From the NCBI GenBank assembly GCA_017453505.1, contig JAFTEU010000070.1, positions 1-61,726 on the forward strand: a DNA stretch of 61,726 nucleotides, written 5' to 3'. The notes under the pieces were generated by a model, which saw only the letters and a list, made by a program, of their open reading frames with translations, was not told the DNA's origin and made no database searches. The first letter of the stretch is position 1, and every line of letters begins with the position of its first letter. This stretch comes from Muribaculaceae bacterium. Lineage in GTDB: Bacteria; Bacteroidota; Bacteroidia; Bacteroidales; Muribaculaceae. This document shows positions 7,701 to 18,880 of this stretch, piece by piece. The translations under genes and the position numbers were made by a program.

Positions 7701-9818
7701 ATGAAGCAGACCAATAAACGACATATCCTCGTCCGCTATGCGATTGTAGTGGGCATCATGTTAGCCTTCTCGGCCATGATTGTTTGGGACTTGTTCAAGA
7801 CCACCGTTGTGCATGCGGCCGAGTGGAACAATAAGGCCGAGGCTGTGCTCACATACCCTGTCCCCATCGAACCCGAACGCGGCAAGCTACTTGCCGACAA
7901 CGGCACGGTTCTGGCAGCCAATCTACAATTCTACGTGCCCCGCATCGACTGGTTTACCGAGGGCATCAAGGAAGATACCCTCATGAAGGATATCGGCCCG
8001 TTGTGTGATAGCCTGGCGGCGTTTGACTCCACCAAGACGGCTACCCAGTGGAGGCAGCAAATCCTGCAGGATCGCAAGCAGATCCTGGATGCTGCCAAAA
8101 CCGTGGGTCCTGACGGCAAAAAGGGCCGCATGAACCGTGCTTACAAGCTCTTCTCCCGTATGCTCACCCACAACGAGTATGAGCGAGTGCGCAGATTCCC
8201 GTTCCTGCGACGTCCCAAGAATAAGAACGGCTTCTATTACGAGAAGCACAACCGTCGCATTAAGCCCTATGGCAACATGGCAGGGCGAAGCATTGGTAAC
8301 GTAGGTCAGGACTCGACCAGCTCGAGCATCCATGGCCGTTCTGGCCTGGAGATGGCTCTTGACTCGTTGCTCTATGGCAAGCCGGGAGAGGCCCAGAGCA
8401 TCCAGCTCACCAATAGTATCGTCAAGGCCGAGAGTATTCCCGCTGTCAAGGGCTATGACATCACCACGACCATCAACGTGCAGTTGCAGGACATTGTCGA
8501 GAATGAGCTCAGCAACATGTGCGCCCAGACAGGTGCGCGATGGGGAACCTGCGTGCTGATGGAGGTCGCAACGGGCGACATCAAGGCCATCAGCAACCTC
8601 GAGTGGAGTGATGATGCAGGTGCCTATGTCGAGGGTCGCAACCATGCTGTGCTGGGCTATGAGCCTGGTTCGGTAGTGAAGACCATCTCGATGATGGTGG
8701 CGCTGGAAGACGGCATCATCAGCAATATTGATGAGCCCATTGCTACAGGCCGGTCCTGGAGCTATGCCGGCGGTAATCCCATCACCGACCATCCTGGCGG
8801 TGACACCCGCACGCCGCGACAGATCATCGAGATGTCCTCCAACATCGGCATGGCCAAGTTGATTGTGAGGAAATATGGCGACAATCCTCCCGGATTCCGT
8901 CAGCGACTCGAGGAGATGGGCTTCTTTGAGCCCTTCAACCTGGGTATTGCCGGCGAGACAACGCCCTGGTTCCAGGATGCCAAGATAGCCTATGGTGGCC
9001 GTGTGACCTTGTCGCGCCAGGCCTTCGGCTACGGTTCGCGCATTCCTCCGTTGTGCACCCTGGCGATGTATAACGCCATTGCCAACGACGGCAAGTATGT
9101 GCGTCCTCGCCTGTTCAAGAAGTTGTCACGTGCCGGAGAACCCGACTCCATTATCCCTGTGACCTACATCCGCAAGCAGGTGTGCTCGCCCGAAAATGCC
9201 CGCAAGTTGCGCATCATGTTGCATGATGTGGTGTGGGGCAGCCACGGCACGGCGCGCCAGAGTGTACGGGACGATAAAGTGGAGATTGCCGGCAAGACTG
9301 GTACCGCCTTCACGACCACTGGCGGACAGTATGGCAGCCAGAAGCGACTGGCCTTCTGCGGTTTCTTCCCCTATGACAAGCCCAAGTACTCGTGCATCGT
9401 CCTGATGCTGGGTGCCAACGTCGGTGCTGGAGCCAGCAGTGGCATGGTGGTGAGGAATGTTGCCCGCAAGATGTATGCCCGCGGCCTGCTGGGCGATACA
9501 CCAGACTATGTCACCGAGAAGAGCGAGGACAACAAGCCCTATCCCACGTTGTTTGCATCGATGGGTGACAACACCGCTAATAACATCAAGCGTGGCTTGG
9601 GCATTCAGACTTCTCATCACTATGCGCGTCCCAAGCGCACTGAGCAGGGTGTGCCCAATGTGGTGGGCCTGAACGTGCGTGAGGCCATCAAGATGCTGGA
9701 GGATGCGGGACTCATCGTCCACTTCACGGGCTCGGGCATGGTGACCGGGCAGGATTTGGCGGCAGGATCTCGCTATTCCCGTGGTCAGCGCATCAACTTG
9801 AGATTAAGAAATTCCTAA
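7701..9818 (+). CDS. ftsI: Class B penicillin-binding protein with C-terminal PASTA domain
   Basis: EPGSVVK (SxxK), SSN, KTGT; VPNVVGLNVREA PASTA. Confidence 0.93.
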   Translation: MKQTNKRHILVRYAIVVGIMLAFSAMIVWDLFKTTVVHAAEWNNKAEAVLTYPVPIEPERGKLLADNGTVLAANLQFYVPRIDWFTEGIKEDTLMKDIGPLCDSLAAFDSTKTATQWRQQILQDRKQILDAAKTVGPDGKKGRMNRAYKLFSRMLTHNEYERVRRFPFLRRPKNKNGFYYEKHNRRIKPYGNMAGRSIGNVGQDSTSSSIHGRSGLEMALDSLLYGKPGEAQSIQLTNSIVKAESIPAVKGYDITTTINVQLQDIVENELSNMCAQTGARWGTCVLMEVATGDIKAISNLEWSDDAGAYVEGRNHAVLGYEPGSVVKTISMMVALEDGIISNIDEPIATGRSWSYAGGNPITDHPGGDTRTPRQIIEMSSNIGMAKLIVRKYGDNPPGFRQRLEEMGFFEPFNLGIAGETTPWFQDAKIAYGGRVTLSRQAFGYGSRIPPLCTLAMYNAIANDGKYVRPRLFKKLSRAGEPDSIIPVTYIRKQVCSPENARKLRIMLHDVVWGSHGTARQSVRDDKVEIAGKTGTAFTTTGGQYGSQKRLAFCGFFPYDKPKYSCIVLMLGANVGAGASSGMVVRNVARKMYARGLLGDTPDYVTEKSEDNKPYPTLFASMGDNTANNIKRGLGIQTSHHYARPKRTEQGVPNVVGLNVREAIKMLEDAGLIVHFTGSGMVTGQDLAAGSRYSRGQRINLRLRNS

Positions 9819-9848
9819 AATCAAAATCAATATTTCACACTTGTTATC

Positions 9849-11312
9849 ATGAAGAAAATATCACAACTGCTCACGTCCATCAAGCCACTGCAAGTGGTCG
9901 GGGACACCGATATCGACATTACCGACCTGGTTAACGACTCGCGTCAGGCGCGTCAGGGCGTCATGTTTGTCGCCGTCAAGGGTGTTGCCGTGGATTCGCA
10001 TCGCTTTATCGATGACGTGGTGGCTGCTGGAGCTCGTGCCATCGTGTGCGAGGAGATGCCCCAGACGCTGAGCAAAGGCACAACATACATTCAGGTGGAG
10101 AACAGCGTGATCGCGCTGGCTCATCTTGCCGACGAATGGTTTGACCACCCCTCCAAGACATTGCGTCTGGTGGGCGTTACCGGCACCAACGGTAAGACCA
10201 CGACCGCGACATTGCTCTATGAAATGGCCCGCCTGATGGGCCACAAGGCAGGATTGCTGTCTACTGTCAAGAACATCATCGATACCCGTGAGGAACCTGC
10301 CAAACAAACGACTCCTGACCACCTCACGCTCAACCGCCTGTTGCATGAGATGGTCGAGGCTGGATGTGAGTACGCCTTCATGGAGGTAAGCTCACACGCA
10401 TGTGTGCAGCGCCGCATCGAGGGCATCACCTTTGCCGGCGGTATATTCACCAACCTCACCCGTGACCACATGGATTTCCACAAGACCGTGGACAACTACA
10501 TCGCCGCTAAGAAGATGTTCTTTGACGCGCTTCCTGCGGGAGCCTTTGCGCTTGTGAATGCCGACGACAAGGTCGGTGAGGTCATGTTGCAGAACACCCG
10601 TGCCGACAAGTACCGCTACTCGTTGCGTTCGATGGCCGATTACAAGGGACGCATCGTGGAGTCCAGGTTGGATGGTACCACGCTGGAGCTGAACGGCAAC
10701 CAGGTGGAGGTGCTGTTCACAGGTCGCTTCAATGCCTATAACCTGCTGTCGGTCTATGGCGCGTCACTGCTGCTGGGCTTTGACCCGCAGGAGGTGCTCA
10801 TCAAGATGAGTCTGCTTGAACCTGTGGCCGGCCGTTTCCAGACGCTGCGCTCGCCACGTGGCTACACGGCCATCGTCGACTATGCCCACACGCCCGATGC
10901 CCTGGTCAACGTCCTGGGTGCCATCCGTGAGGTAGTTGGCCCAAACGGTCACATCATCACCGTGTGCGGCTGTGGCGGCAACCGTGACAGCGGCAAGCGC
11001 CCCATCATGGCCAGGGAGGCCGCAGTGCGCAGCGACCAGGTCATCCTTACCAGTGACAATCCCCGGAATGAGGATCCTGAGGAAATCCTCCGTCAGATGG
11101 AGGCTGGGCTGCCCGACGACGCACGTCCCCGCACGCTCACCATCGTGGACCGTCGCCAGGCCATCCGCACGGCCTGCCAGTTGGCTCAGCCTGGCAATGT
11201 TGTGCTCGTGGCAGGCAAGGGCCATGAGGATTATCAGGAAATCCAGGGTGTGAAGCACCACTTTGACGACCGCGAGCAGCTGCTGGAAGTGTTCGCTGGC
11301 GAGGATAAATGA
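9849..11312 (+). CDS. murE: UDP-MurNAc-dipeptide:meso-DAP ligase
   Basis: GVTGTNGKTT, MEVSSH, DYAHTPD, DNPR, AGKGHE. Confidence 0.97.
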   Translation: MKKISQLLTSIKPLQVVGDTDIDITDLVNDSRQARQGVMFVAVKGVAVDSHRFIDDVVAAGARAIVCEEMPQTLSKGTTYIQVENSVIALAHLADEWFDHPSKTLRLVGVTGTNGKTTTATLLYEMARLMGHKAGLLSTVKNIIDTREEPAKQTTPDHLTLNRLLHEMVEAGCEYAFMEVSSHACVQRRIEGITFAGGIFTNLTRDHMDFHKTVDNYIAAKKMFFDALPAGAFALVNADDKVGEVMLQNTRADKYRYSLRSMADYKGRIVESRLDGTTLELNGNQVEVLFTGRFNAYNLLSVYGASLLLGFDPQEVLIKMSLLEPVAGRFQTLRSPRGYTAIVDYAHTPDALVNVLGAIREVVGPNGHIITVCGCGGNRDSGKRPIMAREAAVRSDQVILTSDNPRNEDPEEILRQMEAGLPDDARPRTLTIVDRRQAIRTACQLAQPGNVVLVAGKGHEDYQEIQGVKHHFDDREQLLEVFAGEDK

Positions 11313-11342
11313 GATTATTAACCACATCACAAGTAATGCATT

Positions 11343-12599
11343 ATGTTATATCATCTTTTTCATTACCTGCAACAGTATGACGTGAGTGGTGCTCGCTTGT
11401 TCGAGTACATCACTTTCAGGTCTGGCTTTGCCTTCATCCTGTCGCTATTCATCGGCATCGTGATCGGCCGTCGCATCATCTTCAAGCTCAAGTCGAGGCA
11501 GATGTGTGACAAGGAACGTTCAGCGACACTGGGTGGCAATGCTTCCAAGCAGGGCACTCCCACCATGGGCGGAATCATCATCATCATCTCGATTCTGGTA
11601 CCCTGCCTGCTGCTGGGCAAGCTCAACAATGTTTACATGCTGCTCATGATCGTGTCCACCCTGTGGTGCGGCGCACTGGGCTTTGCCGACGACTACATCA
11701 AGGTCTTCCACCACAACAAGGAAGGCCTCAAGGGCAAGTTCAAGATCGTGGGCCAGGTGGGTCTGGGTATCATCGTGGGGGTGACCATGTACTTGAGTCC
11801 CGCCATCGTGATGAACGAGAATGTGCACGTAACCAGCCGCAACGAGACTCCCGAACTGGTGGAAATCCACAAGTCGCAGGCCGTGAAGGCCACCAAGACC
11901 ACGTTGCCGTTTGTCAAGAACCACAACTTTGACTATGCCTACTTCACCGGCTGGATGGGCAAGTACAAGCAGGCTGGCGGTTGGATCCTGTTCATCCTGG
12001 TGACTATCTTTGTCATCACGGCGGTGAGCAATGGCGCCAATCTGACCGATGGTGTTGATGGCTTGGCGACAGGAACCTCGGCAATCATTGGCGTTGCCCT
12101 TGCCATCATGTGCTATCTGGGTGGCAACGTCATCTATTCATCCTACCTCAACATCATGTACATCCCAGATAGCAGCGAACTTGTGGTCTATGCCGCGGCA
12201 TTTATTGGTGCCACTGTGGGTTTCCTGTGGTACAACTCCTATCCCGCCCAGGTTTTCATGGGCGACACGGGCAGCCTGTGCCTGGGTGGCATTATTGCCG
12301 TGTTTGCGGTACTCATCCGCAAGGAGTGGCTCATCCCCCTGCTGTGCGGCATATTCTTGATTGAGGAGCTCTCGGTGATCCTGCAGGTGTGGTATGTCAA
12401 GCGTCATGGCCAGGGCCACCGCTTGTTCAAGATGACCCCATTGCACCACCACTTCACCGCCGACCCCGCAGCCCTCAAGTGGGACTACAAGGTCAAGACA
12501 CCTGATCACCGCATCCCTGAGGCCAAAATCGTGATGCGCTTCTTCCTGGTGAGCATCATGCTGGCGGCATTGACATTTGTGACACTCAAGATTCGTTAA
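11343..12599 (+). CDS. mraY: Phospho-MurNAc-pentapeptide transferase
   Basis: GTPTMGG, DDYIK, NLTDGVDGLA, FMGDTGS, PLHHH. Confidence 0.97.
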   Translation: MLYHLFHYLQQYDVSGARLFEYITFRSGFAFILSLFIGIVIGRRIIFKLKSRQMCDKERSATLGGNASKQGTPTMGGIIIIISILVPCLLLGKLNNVYMLLMIVSTLWCGALGFADDYIKVFHHNKEGLKGKFKIVGQVGLGIIVGVTMYLSPAIVMNENVHVTSRNETPELVEIHKSQAVKATKTTLPFVKNHNFDYAYFTGWMGKYKQAGGWILFILVTIFVITAVSNGANLTDGVDGLATGTSAIIGVALAIMCYLGGNVIYSSYLNIMYIPDSSELVVYAAAFIGATVGFLWYNSYPAQVFMGDTGSLCLGGIIAVFAVLIRKEWLIPLLCGIFLIEELSVILQVWYVKRHGQGHRLFKMTPLHHHFTADPAALKWDYKVKTPDHRIPEAKIVMRFFLVSIMLAALTFVTLKIR

Positions 12600-12631
12600 A
12601 ACAATAACAGATTAACTCCTGATAAAATACA

Positions 12632-13981
12632 ATGGCTAAAAGACTAGTAGTATTGGGTGGCGGCGAGAGCGGCACAGGAGCCGCAGTTCTTGCCAAGGTA
12701 AAAGGAATGGACGTGTGGCTGAGCGACGCGGGCCAGATAGGGCAGGCCCACAAGGATCTGCTCGACCAGTATGGCATCGAGTGGGAAGAGGGTGGTCATA
12801 CCCCCGAGAAAATCCTCAATGCCGACGAGATCGTCAAGAGCCCCGGTATCCCTGACACCGCTCCCATGGTGGCGCAGGCTATTGAGAAGGGCATCCCCAT
12901 CGTGAGCGAGATTGAGTTTGCCGGACGTTATACTGACGCACGCATGGTGTGCATCACTGGTAGTAACGGCAAGACTACCACGACCAAGCTCACATACCAT
13001 ATTTTCAAGAAGGCGGGCATGAACGTCGGCCTGGCTGGTAACGTGGGCCGTAGCCTGGCCTTGCAGGTGGCCACCGAGCATCATGATGTGTATATCATCG
13101 AGCTGAGCAGCTTCCAGCTTGACAACATGTATGACTTCAAGGCCAATGTCGCCGTGCTGCTCAATATCACGCCCGACCATCTGGACCGCTACGATTACAA
13201 GATGGAGAACTATGCTGCGGCCAAGTTCCGCATCACTCAGAACCAGACCGACAAGGACTCATTCATCTTCTGGCAGAACGACCCGGTAATCGCTACACAG
13301 CTGCATCAGCACCACCTCGAGTCGCGCCTGTTGAGCTTCACGGGCGAGGATGACGATAACAATGCAGCATGGATGCATGACGGAGTGCTCAACTTCAACA
13401 TTGATGGTGATCGCTGGGATATCCCGCGCGACCAGCTGTCACTCAAGGGGTTGCACAACGTGTACAACACGATGGCCGCCGGGCTGTCGGCTCAGGTGTT
13501 CGATATCCGCAAGGATGTCATCCGTGAGGCGTTGGTCGACTTTGAGGCCGTACCCCATCGCCTGGAGTATATCGACACGGTGGACGGTGTGCGCTACATC
13601 AACGACAGTAAGGCGACCAACGTCGATGCTTGCTGGTATGCGCTTGAGAGCGTGAGCGAGCCTTGTGTGCTCATTCTGGGAGGTATTGACAAGGGCAATG
13701 ACTATAGCCAGATTGAGCCCCTGGTCAAGAATAAGGTGACCGCTATCGTCTGTCTGGGTAAGGACAATGCCAAGCTGCACGCCTTCTTTGACGGCAAGGT
13801 GCCCGTCGTGACCGATGCCGGCAGCATGGCCGAGTGCATGGACAAGTGCCGCAGCCTGGCCAAGCCGGGCCACACGGTACTGCTGTCGCCGTGCTGTGCC
13901 AGTTTCGACCTGTTCAACGGCATGGCCGACCGTGGCAATCAGTTCAGAGAGTGTGTCAAGAACTTCAAGGGAAATAATTAA
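12632..13981 (+). CDS. murD: UDP-MurNAc-L-Ala:D-Glu ligase
   Basis: GGGESG, ITGSNGKTT, ELSSFQL, NDSKATN, SPCCASFD. Confidence 0.97.
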   Translation: MAKRLVVLGGGESGTGAAVLAKVKGMDVWLSDAGQIGQAHKDLLDQYGIEWEEGGHTPEKILNADEIVKSPGIPDTAPMVAQAIEKGIPIVSEIEFAGRYTDARMVCITGSNGKTTTTKLTYHIFKKAGMNVGLAGNVGRSLALQVATEHHDVYIIELSSFQLDNMYDFKANVAVLLNITPDHLDRYDYKMENYAAAKFRITQNQTDKDSFIFWQNDPVIATQLHQHHLESRLLSFTGEDDDNNAAWMHDGVLNFNIDGDRWDIPRDQLSLKGLHNVYNTMAAGLSAQVFDIRKDVIREALVDFEAVPHRLEYIDTVDGVRYINDSKATNVDACWYALESVSEPCVLILGGIDKGNDYSQIEPLVKNKVTAIVCLGKDNAKLHAFFDGKVPVVTDAGSMAECMDKCRSLAKPGHTVLLSPCCASFDLFNGMADRGNQFRECVKNFKGNN

Positions 13982-14007
13982 TCACGTCAATATCCTGACT
14001 CCCCCAT

Positions 14008-15360
14008 ATGTCTCCCAGCGAAAAGACAAATAAATACAGCGAGTTGTCGCAGAAGTATGGTGACCCCTGGATCTGGGGCATCTACATTATGCTCATCATC
14101 ATTTCGATCATCGAGAGTTATAGCGCCTCGAGCCGTGAGATTGCGGCCCAGGGTCTCTATGTGCCCATCATCAAGCAGTGCATCTTCCTGGGCATCGGAG
14201 CTCTGATTGTATTTGTGCTGCAACGCTACGATTATAACAGGCAGCGCTTCCTCTACTTGATGATACCCGGCCTGGCGGTGTTCACGGTATTCAGCCTGAT
14301 TTATGTAATGTTCTTCGGCGAGGTCATCAATGGCGCGCGCCGTGCCATGACGATCATTCCTGGCCTGCTCACCCTGCAGCCGGCCGAGTTGGCCAAGTTG
14401 TCGATAGTCACCCTGTTGTCCTATATCTTCGCCAAGTCACAGAAGAATCAGGACATCAGCAATGCAGGCCTTATATGGGCTGCCGTGTGCGTGGGCTTCT
14501 ATGGAGCGTTGATGATCAAGAGTGGTCTGACCAACACATTGTTGCTGATTGCCATCAGCGGTTCGATGCTGCTCATCGGTGGCGCGAAGTTAAAGAAGAT
14601 TGGTATCTTGATGGTCTTCTTCGGTATCATGATGGGCTTCCTGTTCATCATCAAGAGCAACAACGACAAGAAGGCCGAGGTGATGCAGGAGATGCAGGTG
14701 GATGTGCGGGATGCCGGCGGTGTCGTTGAGGTGACTTCTTCTGGCGATGGTAAAGGCCTCGTTGAGCGTGATGCTACCTGGAAGAACCGCCTCAAGCGAT
14801 GGTGGAACAGCGACTCGCTGGTGCATGACCCCATCACGCCTAAGAACCAGCAAGAGATGTTTTCCCGCATGGCGCAGGCCCACGGTGGTGTCGTCGGTAA
14901 GGGCATCGGCAAGTCGCGTGAGTGCAGCCGTCTGCCGCTGGCATTCAGTGACTACATCTTCTCGATTATTGTCGAGGAAACCGGTCTGGTGGGTGGCATC
15001 TTCGTGCTGCTGCTCTACCTGTCGCTGCTGGGACGTGCCGCGATGATCGTGCGTCGCAGTAAGCGCGTGCTGCCCTCATTGCTCATTATCGGTATGGCGT
15101 CGTTCATCACCTTCCAGGCCTTGTTCCACATGGCCATCAACGTCGGTGTGTTCCCCGTGTCGGGACAGCCCCTGCCGCTCATTTCCAAGGGCGGTACTTC
15201 GATTATCGTGATCAGTGTCGCCTTTGGCGTGATGTTGAGCGTCAGCCGCACTATCTCAAACTACGGAAACAAGAAAAACAAGGCTGAGGAGACCCCCATT
15301 ATCGAGGGTCTCGATGCCGTAAACCCAACTGAAATACCTGCAAAAAATGTCTGGAAATAA
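14008..15360 (+). CDS. ftsW: SEDS peptidoglycan polymerase
   Basis: NGARR, LQPAELAK, SDYIFSIIVEE, GQPLPLISKGGTS. Confidence 0.92.
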   Translation: MSPSEKTNKYSELSQKYGDPWIWGIYIMLIIISIIESYSASSREIAAQGLYVPIIKQCIFLGIGALIVFVLQRYDYNRQRFLYLMIPGLAVFTVFSLIYVMFFGEVINGARRAMTIIPGLLTLQPAELAKLSIVTLLSYIFAKSQKNQDISNAGLIWAAVCVGFYGALMIKSGLTNTLLLIAISGSMLLIGGAKLKKIGILMVFFGIMMGFLFIIKSNNDKKAEVMQEMQVDVRDAGGVVEVTSSGDGKGLVERDATWKNRLKRWWNSDSLVHDPITPKNQQEMFSRMAQAHGGVVGKGIGKSRECSRLPLAFSDYIFSIIVEETGLVGGIFVLLLYLSLLGRAAMIVRRSKRVLPSLLIIGMASFITFQALFHMAINVGVFPVSGQPLPLISKGGTSIIVISVAFGVMLSVSRTISNYGNKKNKAEETPIIEGLDAVNPTEIPAKNVWK

Positions 15361-16480
15361 TAACAATCAACCAATCAACGTCCTGGTGAGCGGTGGCGGC
15401 ACGGGCGGACATATTTTCCCCGCCTTGTCTATCGCTAACGAGGTGCGCCGTCGTCATCCCGATGCTAATATCCTGTTTGTCGGCGCCGAGGGTCGCATGG
15501 AGATGGAAAAAGTACCTGCCGCGGGCTACAAGATCATCGGTCTGCCCGTCAGTGGATTTGACCGCAAGAACCTGTTGCGCAATGTCACGGTGATAGCCCG
15601 TCTGCTCAAGAGCATGCGCCTGGCCCGTAATATCCTCAAGGACTTCAAGCCCGACATTGCTATCGGTGTGGGCGGTTATGCCAGCGGCCCCATGCTCAAG
15701 GCGGCTCAGAAGCAGGGCATTCCCACCTTGCTGCAGGAGCAGAACTCCTTTGCCGGTGTGACCAACAAGTTGCTGGCAGCACGTGCTGAATGCATCTGCG
15801 TGGCCTATGAGGGCATGGAGCGCTTCTTCCCGCAGGAGAAGATTGTCCTCACCGGCAATCCTGTGAGGCGCAATCTGCTGGACTGTGGTGCCACCCCCGA
15901 GCAGGCACGCCAGGCGATGGGCATAGACCCTAACAAGAAGACAATCCTCATCATCGGTGGCAGCCTCGGCGCGCGCACTATCAACAACGCTGTTTCAGCA
16001 GGACTTGAGAAGATCGGCAATGCCAGTGACGTTCAAGTCATCTGGCAGACAGGCAAGTTCTATGACCAGCAGTGCAGTGAGGCACTATCGGCCTCGGGTG
16101 TGAAGAATGTGGTGCAGATGCCGTTCATCAGCAACATGGACATGGCCTATCGCGCAGCCGATGTCGTCGTGTCACGAGCAGGCGCCAGCTCAATCTCCGA
16201 GTTGCAATTGCTGGGCAAGGCCGCAATCCTGGTACCGTCGCCCAACGTGGCCGAGGACCATCAGACCAAGAATGCCCTGGCTCTTGTCAATCGTGATGCC
16301 GCTATCATGGTTACGGATGCTGACGCCGCTGAGCGCCTTGTTGACACCATGCTCGCTACCGTCTCCGATGCAGATAAGGCTGCCCGTCTGGGCCGCAATG
16401 TCTTGCAGATGGCCCTAACCGATGCTGCCGAACACATCGTTGACGAGGTAGAGAAAATCATTGAAAAAAAACGCTCCTGA
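15347..16480 (+). CDS. murG: Lipid II GlcNAc transferase
   Basis: GGGTGGHIFP, GGYAS, EQNS, GGSLGA, SRAGA. Confidence 0.97.
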   Translation: MSGNNNNQPINVLVSGGGTGGHIFPALSIANEVRRRHPDANILFVGAEGRMEMEKVPAAGYKIIGLPVSGFDRKNLLRNVTVIARLLKSMRLARNILKDFKPDIAIGVGGYASGPMLKAAQKQGIPTLLQEQNSFAGVTNKLLAARAECICVAYEGMERFFPQEKIVLTGNPVRRNLLDCGATPEQARQAMGIDPNKKTILIIGGSLGARTINNAVSAGLEKIGNASDVQVIWQTGKFYDQQCSEALSASGVKNVVQMPFISNMDMAYRAADVVVSRAGASSISELQLLGKAAILVPSPNVAEDHQTKNALALVNRDAAIMVTDADAAERLVDTMLATVSDADKAARLGRNVLQMALTDAAEHIVDEVEKIIEKKRS

Positions 16481-16525
16481 AAAGAAGGGGATAATCAGAG
16501 ATACATCAAAACAACTGTCAGGATA

Positions 16526-17908
16526 ATGAAAGACTTTGATTCACTATATTTTGTGGGTGCAGGTGGCATCGGAATGGCCGCGCTGGAGAGGTACTTCCTT
16601 GCCCAAGGGAAACGCGTGGCTGGCTATGACCGCACACCGAGCGACCTGACTCATGCCCTGCAACAAGAGGGCGTGCATATCGACTTTGATGAGGATGCGG
16701 CCCTCATTCCCGACTATTGCCGTGACCCCAAGCGCACGCTGGTTGTCTATACTCCCGCCGTACCCGACAGCCATCAGGGGCTGACCTACTTCCGCCAGAA
16801 TGGCTTCGAGGTAGTCAAGCGGGCCGCATTGTTGGGTGTGGTAACCTCCCATAGCAAGGGCTTGTGTTTTGCCGGCACTCACGGCAAGACCACGACATCA
16901 AGCATGGCTGCACACATCCTGCACAGTTCCGGCATGGGCTGTAACGCCTTCTTGGGAGGTGTGCTGCGTAACTACGACAGCAATTTCCTGCTCTCGGCCA
17001 CTAGCCCCTTCTCGGTCATCGAGGCCGACGAATTTGACAGGTCGTTCCATCATCTGCGCCCCTATATTGCCGTGGTCACCTCGACCGACCCCGACCATCT
17101 GGACATCTATGGCACACCCGAGAATTACTTGGAGAGCTTTGCCCATTTCACCGAACTCATCCAGCCAGGCGGTGCACTCATCGTCCACACGGGACTAGCC
17201 TTGAAACCGCGTGTCCCCCAGGGTGTGACAACCTATACCTACAGCCGTGACGAGGGTGACTTCCATGCCGAGAACATCCGTAAGGGCGATGGCGAAATCG
17301 TCTTTGACCTGGTGACTCCATGGGAAACAATTGCCGACATCAGTCTGGGTGTTCCTGTTGACATCAACATCGAGAATGCCGTTGCTGCCATGGCTGCCTG
17401 CAGGCTAGTGGACACCTCGGGTGATGACATGCGCCGAGCCATCGCCACATTCATGGGTGCTAAGCGCCGTTTTGAGTTCTGGATCAAGGAACCCGGCAAG
17501 CAGGGTAGGGTGATGATTGACGACTATGCCCACCATCCCGACGAGTTGCGGGCAAGCATCTCCTCGGTGCGTGACCTGTACCCGGACCGTCGACTGACGG
17601 TGATATTTCAACCCCATCTGTACACGCGCACACGAGATTTTGCTCCTGGCTTTGCCGCTGCTTTGTCGTTGGCCGATGAGGTCATTTTGCTGCCCATCTA
17701 TCCAGCACGCGAGGCCCCTATTCCCGGAGTAGCGAGTGAAATGATACTGGAACAGGTCACTTGCAAGAAAAAATGCATTTACTCAAAAGAAAATTTGATT
17801 AACTCGATAGAATTGAGTAATTTTGACGTTTTATTGACAGCAGGTGCCGGCGACATCGCTAATCTGCTGCCACAAATATGCGATAAATTCAAGAAACAGG
17901 AGCGTTGA
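16526..17908 (+). CDS. murC: UDP-MurNAc:L-Ala ligase
   Basis: GAGGIGM, AGTHGKTTT, EADEFD, DDYAHHP, FQPH. Confidence 0.97.
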   Translation: MKDFDSLYFVGAGGIGMAALERYFLAQGKRVAGYDRTPSDLTHALQQEGVHIDFDEDAALIPDYCRDPKRTLVVYTPAVPDSHQGLTYFRQNGFEVVKRAALLGVVTSHSKGLCFAGTHGKTTTSSMAAHILHSSGMGCNAFLGGVLRNYDSNFLLSATSPFSVIEADEFDRSFHHLRPYIAVVTSTDPDHLDIYGTPENYLESFAHFTELIQPGGALIVHTGLALKPRVPQGVTTYTYSRDEGDFHAENIRKGDGEIVFDLVTPWETIADISLGVPVDINIENAVAAMAACRLVDTSGDDMRRAIATFMGAKRRFEFWIKEPGKQGRVMIDDYAHHPDELRASISSVRDLYPDRRLTVIFQPHLYTRTRDFAPGFAAALSLADEVILLPIYPAREAPIPGVASEMILEQVTCKKKCIYSKENLINSIELSNFDVLLTAGAGDIANLLPQICDKFKKQER

Positions 17909-18849
17909 AACGACTGATACAAAATAGTATTCTGCTGATACTCGCGATAGCGCTTGTTGCTGGCATTCTATGGGCACGCAACAAGGCGCGTGGTGAGGTG
18001 TGCACGAGTGTTGATGTTGAGGTCGTCAATGCCGACAGCACATCGTTCGTTACGCCTAAGGGTGTGCTCAGTGATCTCGAGGGTCAGGGTGTAAAGCTCA
18101 TCGGCAAGCGCATGGGCGACATCGACGCATCTGACCTTGAGGAGGCCCTCATGTTGTCGCCCTATCTCGAGAATGCCGACATTGTTAAGGGACAGAACGG
18201 CAAGCTGCTCATCCGTGTGTATCAGCTGGTACCCGTGCTACGAGTGTTTGATGGGGATGATTCCTATTACATCAACCGTGCAGGCAAGCGGATGGCTGTC
18301 ACCAACTATTACCATAGCGATGTGCCGGTGGTGCAGGGACACTTCACCCGCAAGTACCCGGCAACCCGCCTGCTGCCGCTCGTCGACTATGTCGAGAGTG
18401 ACACACTGTTGCGGTCGATCGTGACAATGTACTGCATGAATGATACCAACAATATCATCATTGTGCCTGTGTTCAGTGGCCATGTGATCAACTTCGGTCA
18501 GGCGGATGAGTTTGAAAACAAGTTTGCCAAGCTCAAGCTGTTCTATCGGGAGGTGCTGCCCAAGAGGGGGTGGATGACCTATGACACGATTTCGGTCAAG
18601 TGGCACCACCAGATTGTGGCAACGCGGCGCGTCAAGTCTGTGGAACAGACAATCGAGTATGATCCTGAAGACGACGAGCAGGCTCCCGACATCCAGACCA
18701 TGACTATCGGCACTGCCGCTGATGTCAAGAGGGCCGAACAGCAAGCCGCCACCAAGCCTGACGAATCGGCCAAGCCCGATGAAAAGAAGCAGCAGGAGAA
18801 GAAACAAGATAATGGCAATGCCGACAACAAAACGAAAAAAAATAATTAA
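17905..18849 (+). CDS. ftsQ: Cell division protein FtsQ/DivIB (TTG start)
   Basis: Position between murC and ftsA; N-terminal TM; charged low-complexity tail. Confidence 0.85.
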   Translation: MKRLIQNSILLILAIALVAGILWARNKARGEVCTSVDVEVVNADSTSFVTPKGVLSDLEGQGVKLIGKRMGDIDASDLEEALMLSPYLENADIVKGQNGKLLIRVYQLVPVLRVFDGDDSYYINRAGKRMAVTNYYHSDVPVVQGHFTRKYPATRLLPLVDYVESDTLLRSIVTMYCMNDTNNIIIVPVFSGHVINFGQADEFENKFAKLKLFYREVLPKRGWMTYDTISVKWHHQIVATRRVKSVEQTIEYDPEDDEQAPDIQTMTIGTAADVKRAEQQAATKPDESAKPDEKKQQEKKQDNGNADNKTKKNN

Positions 18850-18880
18850 CAACAACCAAAATATATATTCATCAACTTTT

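Noticed and set aside
9849-12599. murF and ddl missing from the dcw cluster
   Set aside because: This is usual for Bacteroidetes, where these genes lie elsewhere.
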